32,000 bases of DNA. Origin: Mycobacterium tuberculosis H37Rv. Lineage in GTDB: Bacteria > Actinomycetota > Actinomycetes > Mycobacteriales > Mycobacteriaceae. Numbering within the stretch: the stretch's first letter is position 1; every line of letters starts with the position of its first letter. Made by a program: the position numbers and the translations under genes. Shown in pieces: positions 1 through 10,319 of this stretch. Location of the stretch: contig NC_000962.3 in NCBI RefSeq assembly GCF_000195955.2, forward strand, positions 720,001-752,000, written 5' to 3'. The notes under the pieces were generated by a model. It ran no database searches. It was not told the DNA's origin and was given only the letters and a program-made list of their open reading frames with translations.

Positions 1-4
1 CGAG

Positions 5-1732
5 TCAGCCACACCCCGTCGACTGTAACCGCATCCGCAACCCGCTGGCCCGCACCGCCCGGCGTGCGATCGCGGCCCGCACCGAAGCTTCGGACCCGAC
101 CACCCGGACCTTGCGTTTGGCCCGGGTCACCGCGGTGTACAGCAACTCCCGGGTCAGCAACCGCGAATCCTCTTGCGGCATCAGCACCGTCACCTCGTCG
201 ACCTGGCTGCCCTGACTCTTGTGGATGGTCATCGCGTGCATGGTCTCGACGTCGCCGAGGCGGCCGGTGGCAACGTCAAGTGGCCCGGATGCACCAGAAA
301 TGACGGCCCGCAGACCGGTGGGGCCGGCCAGCACGACACCGGTGTCGCCGTTGTAGACGCGAAGGCCGTAGTCGTTGGCCGTCACCAGCAGCGGACGCCC
401 GGCGTACCACGGCGTCCAGGGCGGCTGGCCGGTCTCCTCGGCGAGCCAGGCTTGAACCCGGCGGTTCCAGTGCAGCACGCCGGTGGGCCCGTCCCGATGC
501 GCACACAGCAGCCGGTGCTCGTCCAGGGTGGCCAACGCGACGTCGGAGGCACCCAACAGCGCCGCCTCGCGCAGCCGCAACGCGTGTGGCACCAGCACCG
601 CGCGCAACCGCGGCGCCGGATCCTCGTCGTCGACGAACTCGATCCGCTCCTCACCCGAGCGCAGCAGGCCCAGTACGGCATCGCCATCGCCGGCCCGGAT
701 CGCTTCGGCCAAGGTACCGATCACCTTGCCGAACCGATGCGACGTTCGCAGCTGCGCCACCAGCGCGTCGTCGCGTACCGAGAAGCCATCGACCAAATCC
801 GCCAGCACCGCTCCGGCTTCCACCGACGCCAACTGGTCGGCATCGCCGACGAGGATCAACCGGGCGCCCGGGCGCACCGCCTCGGCCAGCCGGGCCATCA
901 GCGTCAGCGACACCATCGAGGTCTCGTCGACCACGATCACGTTGTGAGGCAACCGGTTCTGGCGATCCTGGCGAAACCGCGCTCCCGGTTTGGCACCCAG
1001 CAGACGATGCAGCGTGACCGCGTGCAGGTCGCCGAGCCGTGCCCGGTCGGTGGCGTCGAGCTTGGCCATCTCGCGCCGTACCGCCTCGGCCAGCCGGGCC
1101 GCCGCCTTGCCGGTGGGTGCGGCCAGCGCGATCCGCGGCCGCGGCTCACCGGCCAGCTCCGCCTGCTCGGCAACCAACGCCAGCAGCCGCGCGACCGTCG
1201 TCGTCTTCCCGGTGCCAGGCCCGCCAGTCAACACCGTAACACCTTGCGAGAGCGCGATTTCCGCCGCGCGCCGCTGCTCGTCAAAGCCGGTCGGGAACAG
1301 TCGCCGCAAGTCGGGTACCCCGGCCGGTCGCCTGGATGTCAGCAACGCGAGCAGGTCCGCGCACACCTGCTCTTCTTCGCGCCAGTAGCGGTCCAGATAG
1401 AGCAGCCGATCGTCATACAGGTGCAGCACGGGTGGATCGGCGAGCAACGGACTGGCCCGCACCGCCGCCAACCAGTCCGCCGGATCCGGCCACGGCAGGT
1501 CGTCGTGTCCAGCAACCCGCGCGATCGACAACAGATCCACACACACCGAACCGGCCCGTAGCGCGCGGACCGCCACCGCTACCGCCAACGCCACCCGCTC
1601 GTCGCTCTCCCCGGCCAGTGCACAGAGACGTTGCGCCACATGCACATCCGACACGTCCAGCACACCGGCCTGGTTGAAGGCCCGCACCATCCCGGAGGCC
1701 TCGACGGCAAAATCGACGTCGGTGAGCTTCAC
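5..1732 (-). CDS. recD: Exodeoxyribonuclease V alpha subunit RecD (575 aa, GTG start at 1732)
   Basis: ORF has Walker A 'LTGGPGTGKTTTVARLL', helicase motifs 'VIVVDETSMVSL', 'LVGDADQLASVEAGAVL' and 'MTIHKSQGSQVDEV'. The GTG start overlaps the recB stop by 4 bp. The ORF-track extension to 1918 is likely spurious. Confidence 0.96.
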   Translation of the reverse strand: MKLTDVDFAVEASGMVRAFNQAGVLDVSDVHVAQRLCALAGESDERVALAVAVAVRALRAGSVCVDLLSIARVAGHDDLPWPDPADWLAAVRASPLLADPPVLHLYDDRLLYLDRYWREEEQVCADLLALLTSRRPAGVPDLRRLFPTGFDEQRRAAEIALSQGVTVLTGGPGTGKTTTVARLLALVAEQAELAGEPRPRIALAAPTGKAAARLAEAVRREMAKLDATDRARLGDLHAVTLHRLLGAKPGARFRQDRQNRLPHNVIVVDETSMVSLTLMARLAEAVRPGARLILVGDADQLASVEAGAVLADLVDGFSVRDDALVAQLRTSHRFGKVIGTLAEAIRAGDGDAVLGLLRSGEERIEFVDDEDPAPRLRAVLVPHALRLREAALLGASDVALATLDEHRLLCAHRDGPTGVLHWNRRVQAWLAEETGQPPWTPWYAGRPLLVTANDYGLRVYNGDTGVVLAGPTGLRAVISGASGPLDVATGRLGDVETMHAMTIHKSQGSQVDEVTVLMPQEDSRLLTRELLYTAVTRAKRKVRVVGSEASVRAAIARRAVRASGLRMRLQSTGCG

Positions 1733-4700
1733 GACTGCAGCCTTCCCCGGTCGAGCAGATCCGAGAGCGCCACCACCAACGCCGTGGGCGGGTTCCAGGT
1801 GAACACACCGGCCGGATGCCCGGCCGTCACCGGCGTCGCCGCACCGCACATGCCCCGCACAAACAGGTACAGCACCCCGCCGAGATGGCGCGCCGGAGCG
1901 TAATCCCGCTGCCGCCACCGCAGAAAGCGGTGCAGCACAACAACATACAGCAGCGCCTGCAGTGGGTAGTCCGAATGCAGCATGGCCTCGGTCAACCGCT
2001 CGAAGCCGTAATCGGCGGCGGTGTCACCAAGGTGATTGGTCTTGTAATCGACCACCAGATATCGCTGCCCGGGTAGCCGCAGCACCACGTCGATCGACCC
2101 CGCCAGGTAGCCACGCAGCGGTTGATCACCCAACCCGGCCGAACCAAGCCGATCGGCGTAGGGCGACAACGGGTCGTCGCCGGGCAGGTGCGACGCCAGC
2201 AGCTCACCCACGTCGGCCAGCGACACGTCCGGGGACCGGCCGCGCAGATCGCCCCCGGCCAGCGGCATCTCGAAGTCCAACTCCCGCAGACGATCACGCA
2301 CACCGATCTGCCGCAATGTCAGTGCGGCGGCGGCGGGTCCCAGCGGCGTGTCGTGCATCGGCAGCAACGCTCGGGCCAGTTCGGGAGCCAGCTGCGCGTG
2401 GTCGACGTCCACGGTCCACCACGGCGCGTGCCGGCGCACCTGGGCTTCCAGTTCGGCAGCCAGATCGGGAGCGGCTGGGTCCGCGGTCTCGAGCACCGCG
2501 TGCACCAGCGAGCCGAACGACGCCCCCGACGGCAGCGCGGCCAGCGGTGATGTCAGATCGGCGCCGGAACCGGGCGCGGCGACGACGGCGATCTCCACCT
2601 CGTCCGCACGGCCGCCGGCCGCCGGCTCGCTGGTGACGGTGACGGCTTCCGAGCCCCGCACCAGATCCGAGTACGAGGTCCGCCGCCACGTGGTGTCGAT
2701 CCGGCGGTGAAAGTGCCGAACCTCGAAACCGGGTACGGGCACCGGCTTTTCGAGGGAACTGCGAGCACCGATGACCGATTCCTCGACCGACGGCCCGCCC
2801 GCGGCCTCCCACTGCGCGAACACCGCCCAGGCCTGCTCGTCGGTGACGCGTGGTGTACACCGGTCCGGTACCTGCGACTGGCCGGGCCGGCGCCCGCGCA
2901 GCAACCGCGACAACCCGCCGTTGACCTCGTCGAACGTCGGTGCCCACCACGCGACGACCTGCGATTGCGCGCGGGTAAGCGCGACATAGGTGAGCCGGAG
3001 GTTGTCGTGGGCCGCCTCGACGCGGTTCAGCCCCTCAACGGTGCGCCGCTGAGCACCGCCGTCCTTGCCGCCGATGTACAGGCAGCGGGTGCCGTCGTCG
3101 TGATACAGCAGGATGTCGTCGCTGCGGACGTTGCGGTTGAAGGCGAACGGCAGATACACGATGGGAAACTGCAGTCCCTTGGCCACGAAGACGGTCATGA
3201 TCTGCACCGCCGCGGCGTCGCTGTCCAACCGGCGATTGTGTTCCGGCGGGCCGGCACCCGCCTTGGCCTGGCGGCGCAGCCAATCGCGCAGCCCGGGCAG
3301 GCCGAGCCGCTCGCGATGAGCGGCCTCGTGCAGCAGCTGCGCAATGTGCGCCAGGTCTGTCAGGTCCCGTTCGCCGCCGCGCTGGCTCAGCACGCGCCGG
3401 CCCATCCCGGCCAGCTGAGCGGCCTGAAACACCGCGGCCACACCGCGATGGCGTGCGTGGTCGGCCCACTCGCGCAACGTGCCGGCCACCCGATCGGTCA
3501 GCGCATCGCCCTCGGCGGCAAGCGATTCCGCGGTCTCACCGAAGAACATCGTGCACGCGGCGGCGCGGACCAGCCCGCTGCGCTGCGGCGCGTCGAACGC
3601 CTCCAGCAGGCACAGCCAGTCCTTGGCGGCCTGCGAGGCGAACACGTCGGTGTCACCGGTGTAGATCGCCGGGATGCCCGCCTCCGCCAACGCATTCCGG
3701 CACGCCCGCGCGTCTTTGTGATGCTCGACGATCACCGCGATGTCTGCGGCCACCACGGGCCGCCCGGCGAAGGTGGCCCCGCTGGCCAGTAGCGCCGCGA
3801 CGTCGGCGGCCAGGTCGTCGGGGATGTGCCGGCGCAGCGCCTCGATCGGGACGTGGGCGGTCCCGTCATACCCGAGCGTGTGCCGTTTGACCACGCGCAA
3901 CCGAAACGGCGCCGGGCGCGGCGCCGAGGCCAGGCGGTGCCCGGCGTGGTGGGCGTCGGTGCCGCGGACGACGATGTCGGCGTGACCCAGGGTCGCATCG
4001 CGCAGCACCGTCTGCAGGCTCTCGACCAGCGCCCGGTCGCTGCGCCAGTTGACGCCCAACGTGTAGCGGGCATCGGCGGTGCCGGCCGCCTTGAGGTAGG
4101 TGTGGATGTCGCCGCCGCGAAAGCCGTAGATCGCCTGCTTGGGATCGCCGATCAGGATCAGCGCCGAATGCCGGCTAAACGCGCGCTCGAGCACCCGCCA
4201 CTGCATGGGGTCGGTATCTTGAAACTCGTCCACCAGCACGATCCGCCAGCGTTCCCGCATCCGATCGCGAGCTGGCGAGTCGGCCGCCTCGAGGGCTGTC
4301 GCCAAACGGATCAGCAGATCGTTGAATCCTTGCGCACGCAGCCGGCCCTTGCGGCGCTCGAGTTCCTCGAGCACCTCGGCGGCAAAGCGCAGCCGCACCG
4401 CTGCCTTGCTGCCGGGCTCGGGATCAGGCGGGCGCAGTTGGGCGCACGGGTCGTCGACGACGGCAAGGGCCAGGGCCAGCGCCTCGGCGTAGGTCAGCTC
4501 CGGATCGGTCTCCTGACGACCGAAGTTCGCCAGATAGCGATCGTCCACGATCTCAGTGACCAGGTCGGTAAGGCTCTCCTTGAGCTCCACGTCGGCGGCG
4601 TTGTCACCGGCCACACCGAGGGATTTCAACACCGAGCCGCAGAACTCGTGGGTGGTGGCGATGGTTGCCGCGTCGAAGTTGGCCAGCGCGTCACGCAGCC

Positions 4701-5013
4701 GCGACCGCTTCTGGGCGCGCTCGGCGTCGCTGCCGCGCAGCAGGTGCTCGACGAGCTCGCCGCTCGGCGGCGCGTCGCCTTGTAGCGCGCCCACGGCCTC
4801 GACGATCTGCCCGCGCACTCGCTCGCGTAACTCCCGGCTGGCCGCACGGTTGAACGTGATCAACAACATCTCGTCGAGCGTCGCGGCGGTTTCGGCCAGA
4901 TAGCGGGTGACCAGACCGGCCAGCGCGAACGTCTTACCGGTGCCGGCGCTGGCTTCCAGCACGGTGGTGGTGCCCTCCCTCGGCAACGGGCCCAGCAGCT
5001 CGAAGCGGTCCAT
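1729..5013 (-). CDS. recB: Exodeoxyribonuclease V beta subunit RecB (1094 aa)
   Basis: Starts MDRFELLGPLPREGTTTVLEASAGTGKTFALAGLV (Walker A). Contains the UvrD-like motif 'RIVLVDEFQDTDPMQWRVLERAF' and the C-terminal RecB nuclease motif 'GSIDVVLRLPGQRYLVVDYKTN'. The ATG overlaps the recC stop (TGATG). Confidence 0.96.
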   Translation of the reverse strand: MDRFELLGPLPREGTTTVLEASAGTGKTFALAGLVTRYLAETAATLDEMLLITFNRAASRELRERVRGQIVEAVGALQGDAPPSGELVEHLLRGSDAERAQKRSRLRDALANFDAATIATTHEFCGSVLKSLGVAGDNAADVELKESLTDLVTEIVDDRYLANFGRQETDPELTYAEALALALAVVDDPCAQLRPPDPEPGSKAAVRLRFAAEVLEELERRKGRLRAQGFNDLLIRLATALEAADSPARDRMRERWRIVLVDEFQDTDPMQWRVLERAFSRHSALILIGDPKQAIYGFRGGDIHTYLKAAGTADARYTLGVNWRSDRALVESLQTVLRDATLGHADIVVRGTDAHHAGHRLASAPRPAPFRLRVVKRHTLGYDGTAHVPIEALRRHIPDDLAADVAALLASGATFAGRPVVAADIAVIVEHHKDARACRNALAEAGIPAIYTGDTDVFASQAAKDWLCLLEAFDAPQRSGLVRAAACTMFFGETAESLAAEGDALTDRVAGTLREWADHARHRGVAAVFQAAQLAGMGRRVLSQRGGERDLTDLAHIAQLLHEAAHRERLGLPGLRDWLRRQAKAGAGPPEHNRRLDSDAAAVQIMTVFVAKGLQFPIVYLPFAFNRNVRSDDILLYHDDGTRCLYIGGKDGGAQRRTVEGLNRVEAAHDNLRLTYVALTRAQSQVVAWWAPTFDEVNGGLSRLLRGRRPGQSQVPDRCTPRVTDEQAWAVFAQWEAAGGPSVEESVIGARSSLEKPVPVPGFEVRHFHRRIDTTWRRTSYSDLVRGSEAVTVTSEPAAGGRADEVEIAVVAAPGSGADLTSPLAALPSGASFGSLVHAVLETADPAAPDLAAELEAQVRRHAPWWTVDVDHAQLAPELARALLPMHDTPLGPAAAALTLRQIGVRDRLRELDFEMPLAGGDLRGRSPDVSLADVGELLASHLPGDDPLSPYADRLGSAGLGDQPLRGYLAGSIDVVLRLPGQRYLVVDYKTNHLGDTAADYGFERLTEAMLHSDYPLQALLYVVVLHRFLRWRQRDYAPARHLGGVLYLFVRGMCGAATPVTAGHPAGVFTWNPPTALVVALSDLLDRGRLQS

Positions 5014-8000
5014 CAGACCGACCCTTCGGCGGCCAACAGCGGCAGCCATAGCCGGGCGGCCAGCGCCCCTAGCCGGGTCTCTTCCCCGGCGACCTCTTCG
5101 CCCGCGCGGGGCTTGCCGAGCAACACCTCGAAGGGTGCGCGCGGGCCCCAGGCTCGCACGTGGGCGGGCGCGTCGTCGTCGCCCGGCCGGAACCTGTTGG
5201 TCTGCCAGCATTCGCGGGCGGGCGGGTAGGGGTCTTGGCCGTCTCGGCGTGCCTGGGCCCACGCGCAGGACGTCTTCAGCGGCAGCGGCAGTGGTTCGCG
5301 CCGGCCGGCGTCGTACAGCAACACCAGCTCCCGCAATACCGCCACCGGGTCCGGCGGCGGCACGAAAAGCCTTCTGGCGATGTGGTTCCTGGTCTTGCTG
5401 CGGCCGATGCACAGCGCCGACCACTCGCGGCCAGGCTCTTGGGCGGCCAGCGTAACCAGGCCGATCCACGCCGGCAACACATGCTTGGGCGCCAGCTTTG
5501 AGTAGGTCACCGACACCGTGCGCCCGCCGAACACGGGTGTCACCGTGCCGCTCAGTCGCCGCCCGTCGCCGAGGTCGACGTCGACGTCGTGCGCCTGGCC
5601 GTGGCCGTCGCGGTGCGCCAGCGCGGCGGCCGCCAGATCGCGCGCGCGGTTCCGGATTTCCTTCGCCCGTCGCACGCCGAGGCGCCCGGGCGGCAACGTG
5701 CCGCGACGCCATTCGGAGTGAGCGGCGTCGTCGGGGTGCAGGCCGCGGAGCATGTCGCGCAACATCCGCTCGCCCACCGTCCACTCGGCCAAGGCGTCGA
5801 CCTGGACCGGTATCGAGTCCTCGACGGTGTCGACGTCCCAGGGCAGCGTGTAGTCCAGCGCCCGGAAGAACCCCTTGACCGGATCCTTGAAGAAGTCGAG
5901 CAGGTCCGCCAGCGTCACGTCGGCCGCGGGTGGTGCGGGCAGCCGACCGGAGATGAAAGCCGTTGGTGGACAGCGCTTCCCGGCGGCGGCCTGGGCGGCG
6001 GCGAGCGCGGCGGGGTCGAACGTGAACGGCTTGGCGCCCAGCAGTGCGCCGGGGGTGACGTTCTTCCGGTCGAACGGCTGCAGTGGGTGTGTGACCAGGA
6101 TCCGCTCACGCACCGGCGCTGACGTCGTCTGGTCGAGCGCGTCGAGCAACTCGGCCAGCGGCACCGCGGGTGGGCGCGGTTGCCCGGTGCGCTCGTCGGC
6201 GCCGGTGTAAGTGATCACCAGGGTCTGGGTGGCCGCACCTATCGCGTCCAGCAGCAATTGCCGGTCCTCCGAACGGATGTCACGTTCACCCGTCATCGGT
6301 TCTCGGGCCAGCACGTCGTCCCCGTCGGGATGGCTCAGCCGCGGAAACACGCCGTCGTCCAGACCCACCAGGCACACCACCCGGTGCGGCACCGAGCGCA
6401 TCGGGACCATCGTGCAGACGGTCAGCGTGCCGGTGCGAAAGTTGGCCCGGGTCGGGCGCCCGGCCAGCTGCGCGTCCAAAAGCGCTCGCACGTCGGGCAG
6501 CCGCAACAGCGGCGCCGCGCGCGAACCGGCGCGCGCCAGCACGTCGGCGAACTCCCGCTGCACCTGCGCGCGTTGCCAGCCGTCGTTACAGGCGGTCAGC
6601 AGATCGATCCCCGTGGCCAGCGCATCCAGCCATGCGACCAACGGCCGTGCACCGCTGAGTCCGCCGACGACATGATGCAACCGTTCGACGAACTCGGCCA
6701 GCCTCCCGGCCAGCTCGACCCGATTGCTGCCGACGTCATCAAGGGGCAGCGCGGTATCCAGCCACGCTTGGGAATCCTCGGACATGGCCACCCCGGTGAG
6801 GATGCGGTCGAGTCCGAACCGCCACGTGTTGTGCACGACGGTGTCGAGGCCATAGCGTCGCCGGTGCGTCGGGTCGAAGCCCCAGCGGATGTTCGATTCG
6901 CGCACCCACGTGGTGATGGTGTCCAGGTCGTCGTCGGCGAACCCGAATTTGGCGCGCACCGGAGCGGCCTGCGCGAGGTTGAGCAGTTGGCTGGCGGTGG
7001 CCCGGGTTTCGGCGATGGTGAGCAGTTCGGCGGCCACCGAGAGCAGCGGATTGGTCTGGGTCAGGGCGCGGTCGGCCAGACGCACCCGCAGCCGGTGTGC
7101 GGGGTGGCAGTCGCCGGCCACCTCACCGAGGCCGAAGCCGGCGACGATCAACGGTGCGTAGGTGTCGATGTCGGGGCACATCACCACGATGTCGCGCGGT
7201 TGCAGCGTCGGGTCGTCCTCGAGGAGGCCGAGCAGCACCTCGCGCAGCACATCGATTTGCCGCGCCGGGCCGTGACAGGCATGGACCTGCACCGATCGGT
7301 CGGCATCCGACAAGCTACGCCCGGCGGGTCGCGGCGCGTTGCCGGCGATGTCGGCTTGCAGCCATCCCAGCAACGTGTCGGGTTTGGTTGTGGCACCAAG
7401 GAATTCGTCGGTGGCCCGGGCGGCGGGCAGCGCGCGCTGCAGTTCGCGCACGTCGCGGCCCAGCGTTTCCAGCAGCGGGTGCTGGGCGGCCCGCCGGCTG
7501 GTGTCCTGCCGCCGCGGCAGCAGGCCATCAGCGCCCTGGAAGCCGGCCAGCGCCCGCCACAACTCGTCGCTGGGGTGCGGCAGCCACAGGTGCAGGTCGT
7601 GGTGGACGGCCAGCGCATCCAGCAGCTGCACGTCGGTGCAGGCCAGGCGGGTGTGGCCGAACAGCGAAAGCCGAGCCGGCAGGTCGGCGGGGCCGTCGCG
7701 CAGCCGGGCGATGGTCTTGTCGTGGCGGACATGCGGGGGATCGGCCCCGACCGTGGTCACCAGGGCGCGCCACAGTGGCGGTTGCCAGGCCAAGTCGCCG
7801 GGCAGCTCGCCGAGGTCGCCGTCCAGCCAAGCGGCCAGCAACCCGGGACGCTGGCGTGCATAGGACGCGAACAGCCCGGCTAGCCGGCGCGCCACCGAAT
7901 AGCGCCGGCCGCGGCGCAGCTCCGCCTCGGCATCGGTCGTCGCGAAGTGCCCCAAGTGGGATGCCAGCGTGCGGCACCACGGTTCGTCGAGGCTGGCGTC

Positions 8001-8306
8001 GATCACCGCCAGCAGCGGCCACGCCAGGGCTTCCGGCGACCACGGGTCGTCGTCGAGGGTGCCGGTGATCTCGGCGATCAGGGACTGCGGATTGCGGAAC
8101 GCGATGCCGGCGCACACCCCGTCGGCGCGGCCCGGCCCGCAGCCCAACACGAGCGAAAGCCGTTGGCTCAGCCAGCGTTCCACGCCGCGGGCAGCGACCA
8201 GCACCAGTTCCTGCGCGAAAGGGTCGGGCTGGGGATCGGCCAGCAGCGCGCCGAGCCCGTCGGCAAGCAGATCGGTGCGCTCGGCACGGTGCAGGTGAAG
8301 CGCCAT
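5013..8306 (-). CDS. recC: Exodeoxyribonuclease V gamma subunit RecC (1097 aa)
   Basis: RecC-like sequence ('VLVAARGVERWLSQRLSLVLG', 'LSLFGHTRLACTDVQLLDALAVHHDLHLWLPHPSDELW'), immediately upstream of recB in the same operon. Confidence 0.95.
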   Translation of the reverse strand: MALHLHRAERTDLLADGLGALLADPQPDPFAQELVLVAARGVERWLSQRLSLVLGCGPGRADGVCAGIAFRNPQSLIAEITGTLDDDPWSPEALAWPLLAVIDASLDEPWCRTLASHLGHFATTDAEAELRRGRRYSVARRLAGLFASYARQRPGLLAAWLDGDLGELPGDLAWQPPLWRALVTTVGADPPHVRHDKTIARLRDGPADLPARLSLFGHTRLACTDVQLLDALAVHHDLHLWLPHPSDELWRALAGFQGADGLLPRRQDTSRRAAQHPLLETLGRDVRELQRALPAARATDEFLGATTKPDTLLGWLQADIAGNAPRPAGRSLSDADRSVQVHACHGPARQIDVLREVLLGLLEDDPTLQPRDIVVMCPDIDTYAPLIVAGFGLGEVAGDCHPAHRLRVRLADRALTQTNPLLSVAAELLTIAETRATASQLLNLAQAAPVRAKFGFADDDLDTITTWVRESNIRWGFDPTHRRRYGLDTVVHNTWRFGLDRILTGVAMSEDSQAWLDTALPLDDVGSNRVELAGRLAEFVERLHHVVGGLSGARPLVAWLDALATGIDLLTACNDGWQRAQVQREFADVLARAGSRAAPLLRLPDVRALLDAQLAGRPTRANFRTGTLTVCTMVPMRSVPHRVVCLVGLDDGVFPRLSHPDGDDVLAREPMTGERDIRSEDRQLLLDAIGAATQTLVITYTGADERTGQPRPPAVPLAELLDALDQTTSAPVRERILVTHPLQPFDRKNVTPGALLGAKPFTFDPAALAAAQAAAGKRCPPTAFISGRLPAPPAADVTLADLLDFFKDPVKGFFRALDYTLPWDVDTVEDSIPVQVDALAEWTVGERMLRDMLRGLHPDDAAHSEWRRGTLPPGRLGVRRAKEIRNRARDLAAAALAHRDGHGQAHDVDVDLGDGRRLSGTVTPVFGGRTVSVTYSKLAPKHVLPAWIGLVTLAAQEPGREWSALCIGRSKTRNHIARRLFVPPPDPVAVLRELVLLYDAGRREPLPLPLKTSCAWAQARRDGQDPYPPARECWQTNRFRPGDDDAPAHVRAWGPRAPFEVLLGKPRAGEEVAGEETRLGALAARLWLPLLAAEGSV

Positions 8307-8544
8307 CGGGCGTCACCCTAGTCGAGCGGCCGGCCGCCGACATGCATGCTGGCGTGCATAAACAGACGCGAGATCACCGAACGACAAGGGCTACCAGTCG
8401 GTACGGGCCTTCTTGTCGACCTGGAACTGGGTCAGATATCGAACCGTTCCGGGATTTCATCAACGCGCTGGGGCGTGCCGCGATGTCGGCATGACGAGCC
8501 GCCTCGGACGTGACACACTTCGAGATGGAGGAGGCGGTGTAGGT

Positions 8545-8575
8545 GTGAGGCGGTTGCCCAAAGCAACCGCGTCAC
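8545..8575 (-). terminator. Hairpin just downstream of echA3 (putative terminator)
   Basis: GTGA-g-GCGGTTGC / ccaaa / GCAACCGC-g-TCAC: 8-bp perfect inner stem plus 4-bp outer stem with one mismatch, 8 nt past the echA3 stop. No U-tract. Confidence 0.5.
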
Positions 8576-8582
8576 CCACCAC

Positions 8583-9278
8583 TTACAGCCCGAACTCGGC
8601 TGCTATCCCGTCGATCCCGGCCCGAATCGCAGTGAGCGCGTCGGCGCGGGAGCGCAACTTGGTCGCGGCATGGGCGTGTTGGTTGAGACCGGCGAACTCT
8701 CGTGCGGCTTCCTCGGCGCGGCTGACCACCACCTCCGGCAGGGCGATCTCGTCGATAAACCCGGCGGCCAGCGCGGTTTCCCCGAAGAACGTCTTGGCCA
8801 GCCCGGTTGCCTGCTGGTATGCCGACCGGGTCAGTCGCAGCTTCATGATCTCTAACGCCGCGTACGGAATGGTCATGCCGATCGCGACCTCATTGGCCTG
8901 GATGTTGTATGCGTGGGCCGCCACCCGATGATCGCCGCAGGACAACAGAAACGCGCCCATGGCGATGGCGTGACCGGTGCACGCCATCACCACCGGTTTG
9001 GGGTAGGACAAGAGGCGATACGCCAGCTCGAAGCCGCCCCTGAGCATGTCGATCGCGGGCTGCACTTCACCGGAGGTGAGGATCTTCAGGTCGAAGCCTC
9101 CGCTGAATACCCGGCCATTACCGGTGATCACCAGCGCCCCAACATCATCACGGTCCGCGTTGTCGATCGCTGCATTGAGGGCTTGTTGCATCGCCGGGCC
9201 CAGTGCGTTGACCTTGCCGTCGTCCATACTGATGACGGCGATGGAATCCTTGCGGGTATAGCTGACCGGGTCGCTCAT
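8583..9278 (-). CDS. echA3: Enoyl-CoA hydratase/isomerase family protein (231 aa)
   Basis: Crotonase-fold motifs 'ALVITGNGRVFSGGFDLKIL' and 'KPVVMACTGHAIAMGAFLLSCGDHRVAA'. Length and position match Rv0632c. Confidence 0.9.
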   Translation of the reverse strand: MSDPVSYTRKDSIAVISMDDGKVNALGPAMQQALNAAIDNADRDDVGALVITGNGRVFSGGFDLKILTSGEVQPAIDMLRGGFELAYRLLSYPKPVVMACTGHAIAMGAFLLSCGDHRVAAHAYNIQANEVAIGMTIPYAALEIMKLRLTRSAYQQATGLAKTFFGETALAAGFIDEIALPEVVVSRAEEAAREFAGLNQHAHAATKLRSRADALTAIRAGIDGIAAEFGL

Positions 9279-9326
9279 GCTCTCGATTGAATCAGATCAG
9301 CATTGGGGGATCTTGTGCGCCCGCAG

Positions 9327-10166
9327 TTAGCCTGCCGGTATCCGCGTGGGCTGTGGCCCTTGCCCCTCCGAGCGCTGGCTGACCTCGGTGGGCACCTCGA
9401 CCTGCCGAGCGCGCCACCTGTCCTGGGTTTCGGCCGCGGCGCGGTTGATCCGGTCGATCTCGCTGCGGAACACGTCGGGACGCGTCTCCTTGCTCGCGTA
9501 GTGAAAATACGTCAACAGACTACGTAACAGCTCCAGCTTCTGCTTTTCCCGCTTCGCCAGGTCGTGGGTGGTCATCAGCTCGATGCGCGCAACGGGCGGC
9601 AGGGCATCCCAGTCCAGCACCACTTTGGTCTCCAACGGACGCCGTCCGCGCCGCCAGAACCGCCATCGGCGCGGCTGCTCGGGTCGGTCGTAGTAGGTCA
9701 CCGTGCCCGGGAAGCGAGACTCGATGCCCCGCCCGATCTCGGCGCGATCGAGCGCTGAATCCCACACCATCCGCCACTCCTGACCGGGAGCCAGCATCGG
9801 CAACTCTTGGGGCAGCCGAAGTTCCACGACATCGGCGTAGCCGTTGGCGGCATTCTCGTATTGGGCCACGGTTGGTGGGTTGGGGAACGAGAACCGGACG
9901 TCGTAGGCGGCTGTGCGACCGAAGTTGCGGACTACCAGCTCGATCACGTGCCAGTCCGCGACGTGGGGCTCCATAAACATGGCCACGTAGGGCCGAGTCT
10001 GCTCCGCAGCCAGTCGACGATTGCGTTGGATTTGCCGCTTGGTCACCACCAGGGCGACCACACCGAGCCCAAGCGCCGCCCACGCGGCCCACGCCAACCA
10101 GGTGCCGGAGTCGACGCCGGTGACCTCATGCCAGCTGCTCAGGACCCACCCCATGGAATCCACCAT
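9327..10166 (-). CDS. Conserved hypothetical protein with one N-terminal TM segment (279 aa; 7-aa longer start possible at 10187)
   Basis: ORF MVDSMGWVLSSWHEVTGVDSGTWLAWAAWAALGLGVVALVVTKRQIQRNRR...; a hydrophobic stretch near the N-terminus, then a soluble domain. Matches Rv0633c. Confidence 0.8.
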   Translation of the reverse strand: MVDSMGWVLSSWHEVTGVDSGTWLAWAAWAALGLGVVALVVTKRQIQRNRRLAAEQTRPYVAMFMEPHVADWHVIELVVRNFGRTAAYDVRFSFPNPPTVAQYENAANGYADVVELRLPQELPMLAPGQEWRMVWDSALDRAEIGRGIESRFPGTVTYYDRPEQPRRWRFWRRGRRPLETKVVLDWDALPPVARIELMTTHDLAKREKQKLELLRSLLTYFHYASKETRPDVFRSEIDRINRAAAETQDRWRARQVEVPTEVSQRSEGQGPQPTRIPAG

Positions 10167-10319
10167 CCGCTTATACCACAGTGACATCGGACCGAGAAGT
10201 TAGCTGACAGGATCCCAGAGGCGCCTGGGCACTGGTCGCTGGCTGCCGAATCGTTGGCGGAAGCGCCGCTGGACACGTCGCTGGACCCGGGCCGGAACGG
10301 GAGAGGCTTGCCCAGTCCT

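Noticed and set aside
173-1561. 462-aa + strand ORF antisense to recD
   Set aside because: Mirror ORF of recD with no independent evidence.
2707-3792. 361-aa + strand ORF antisense to recB
   Set aside because: Mirror ORF of recB with no motif.
6180-7883. 567-aa + strand ORF antisense to recC
   Set aside because: High-GC antisense ORF; composition (Gln/His/Arg/Val-rich) is characteristic of the complement of coding sequence.
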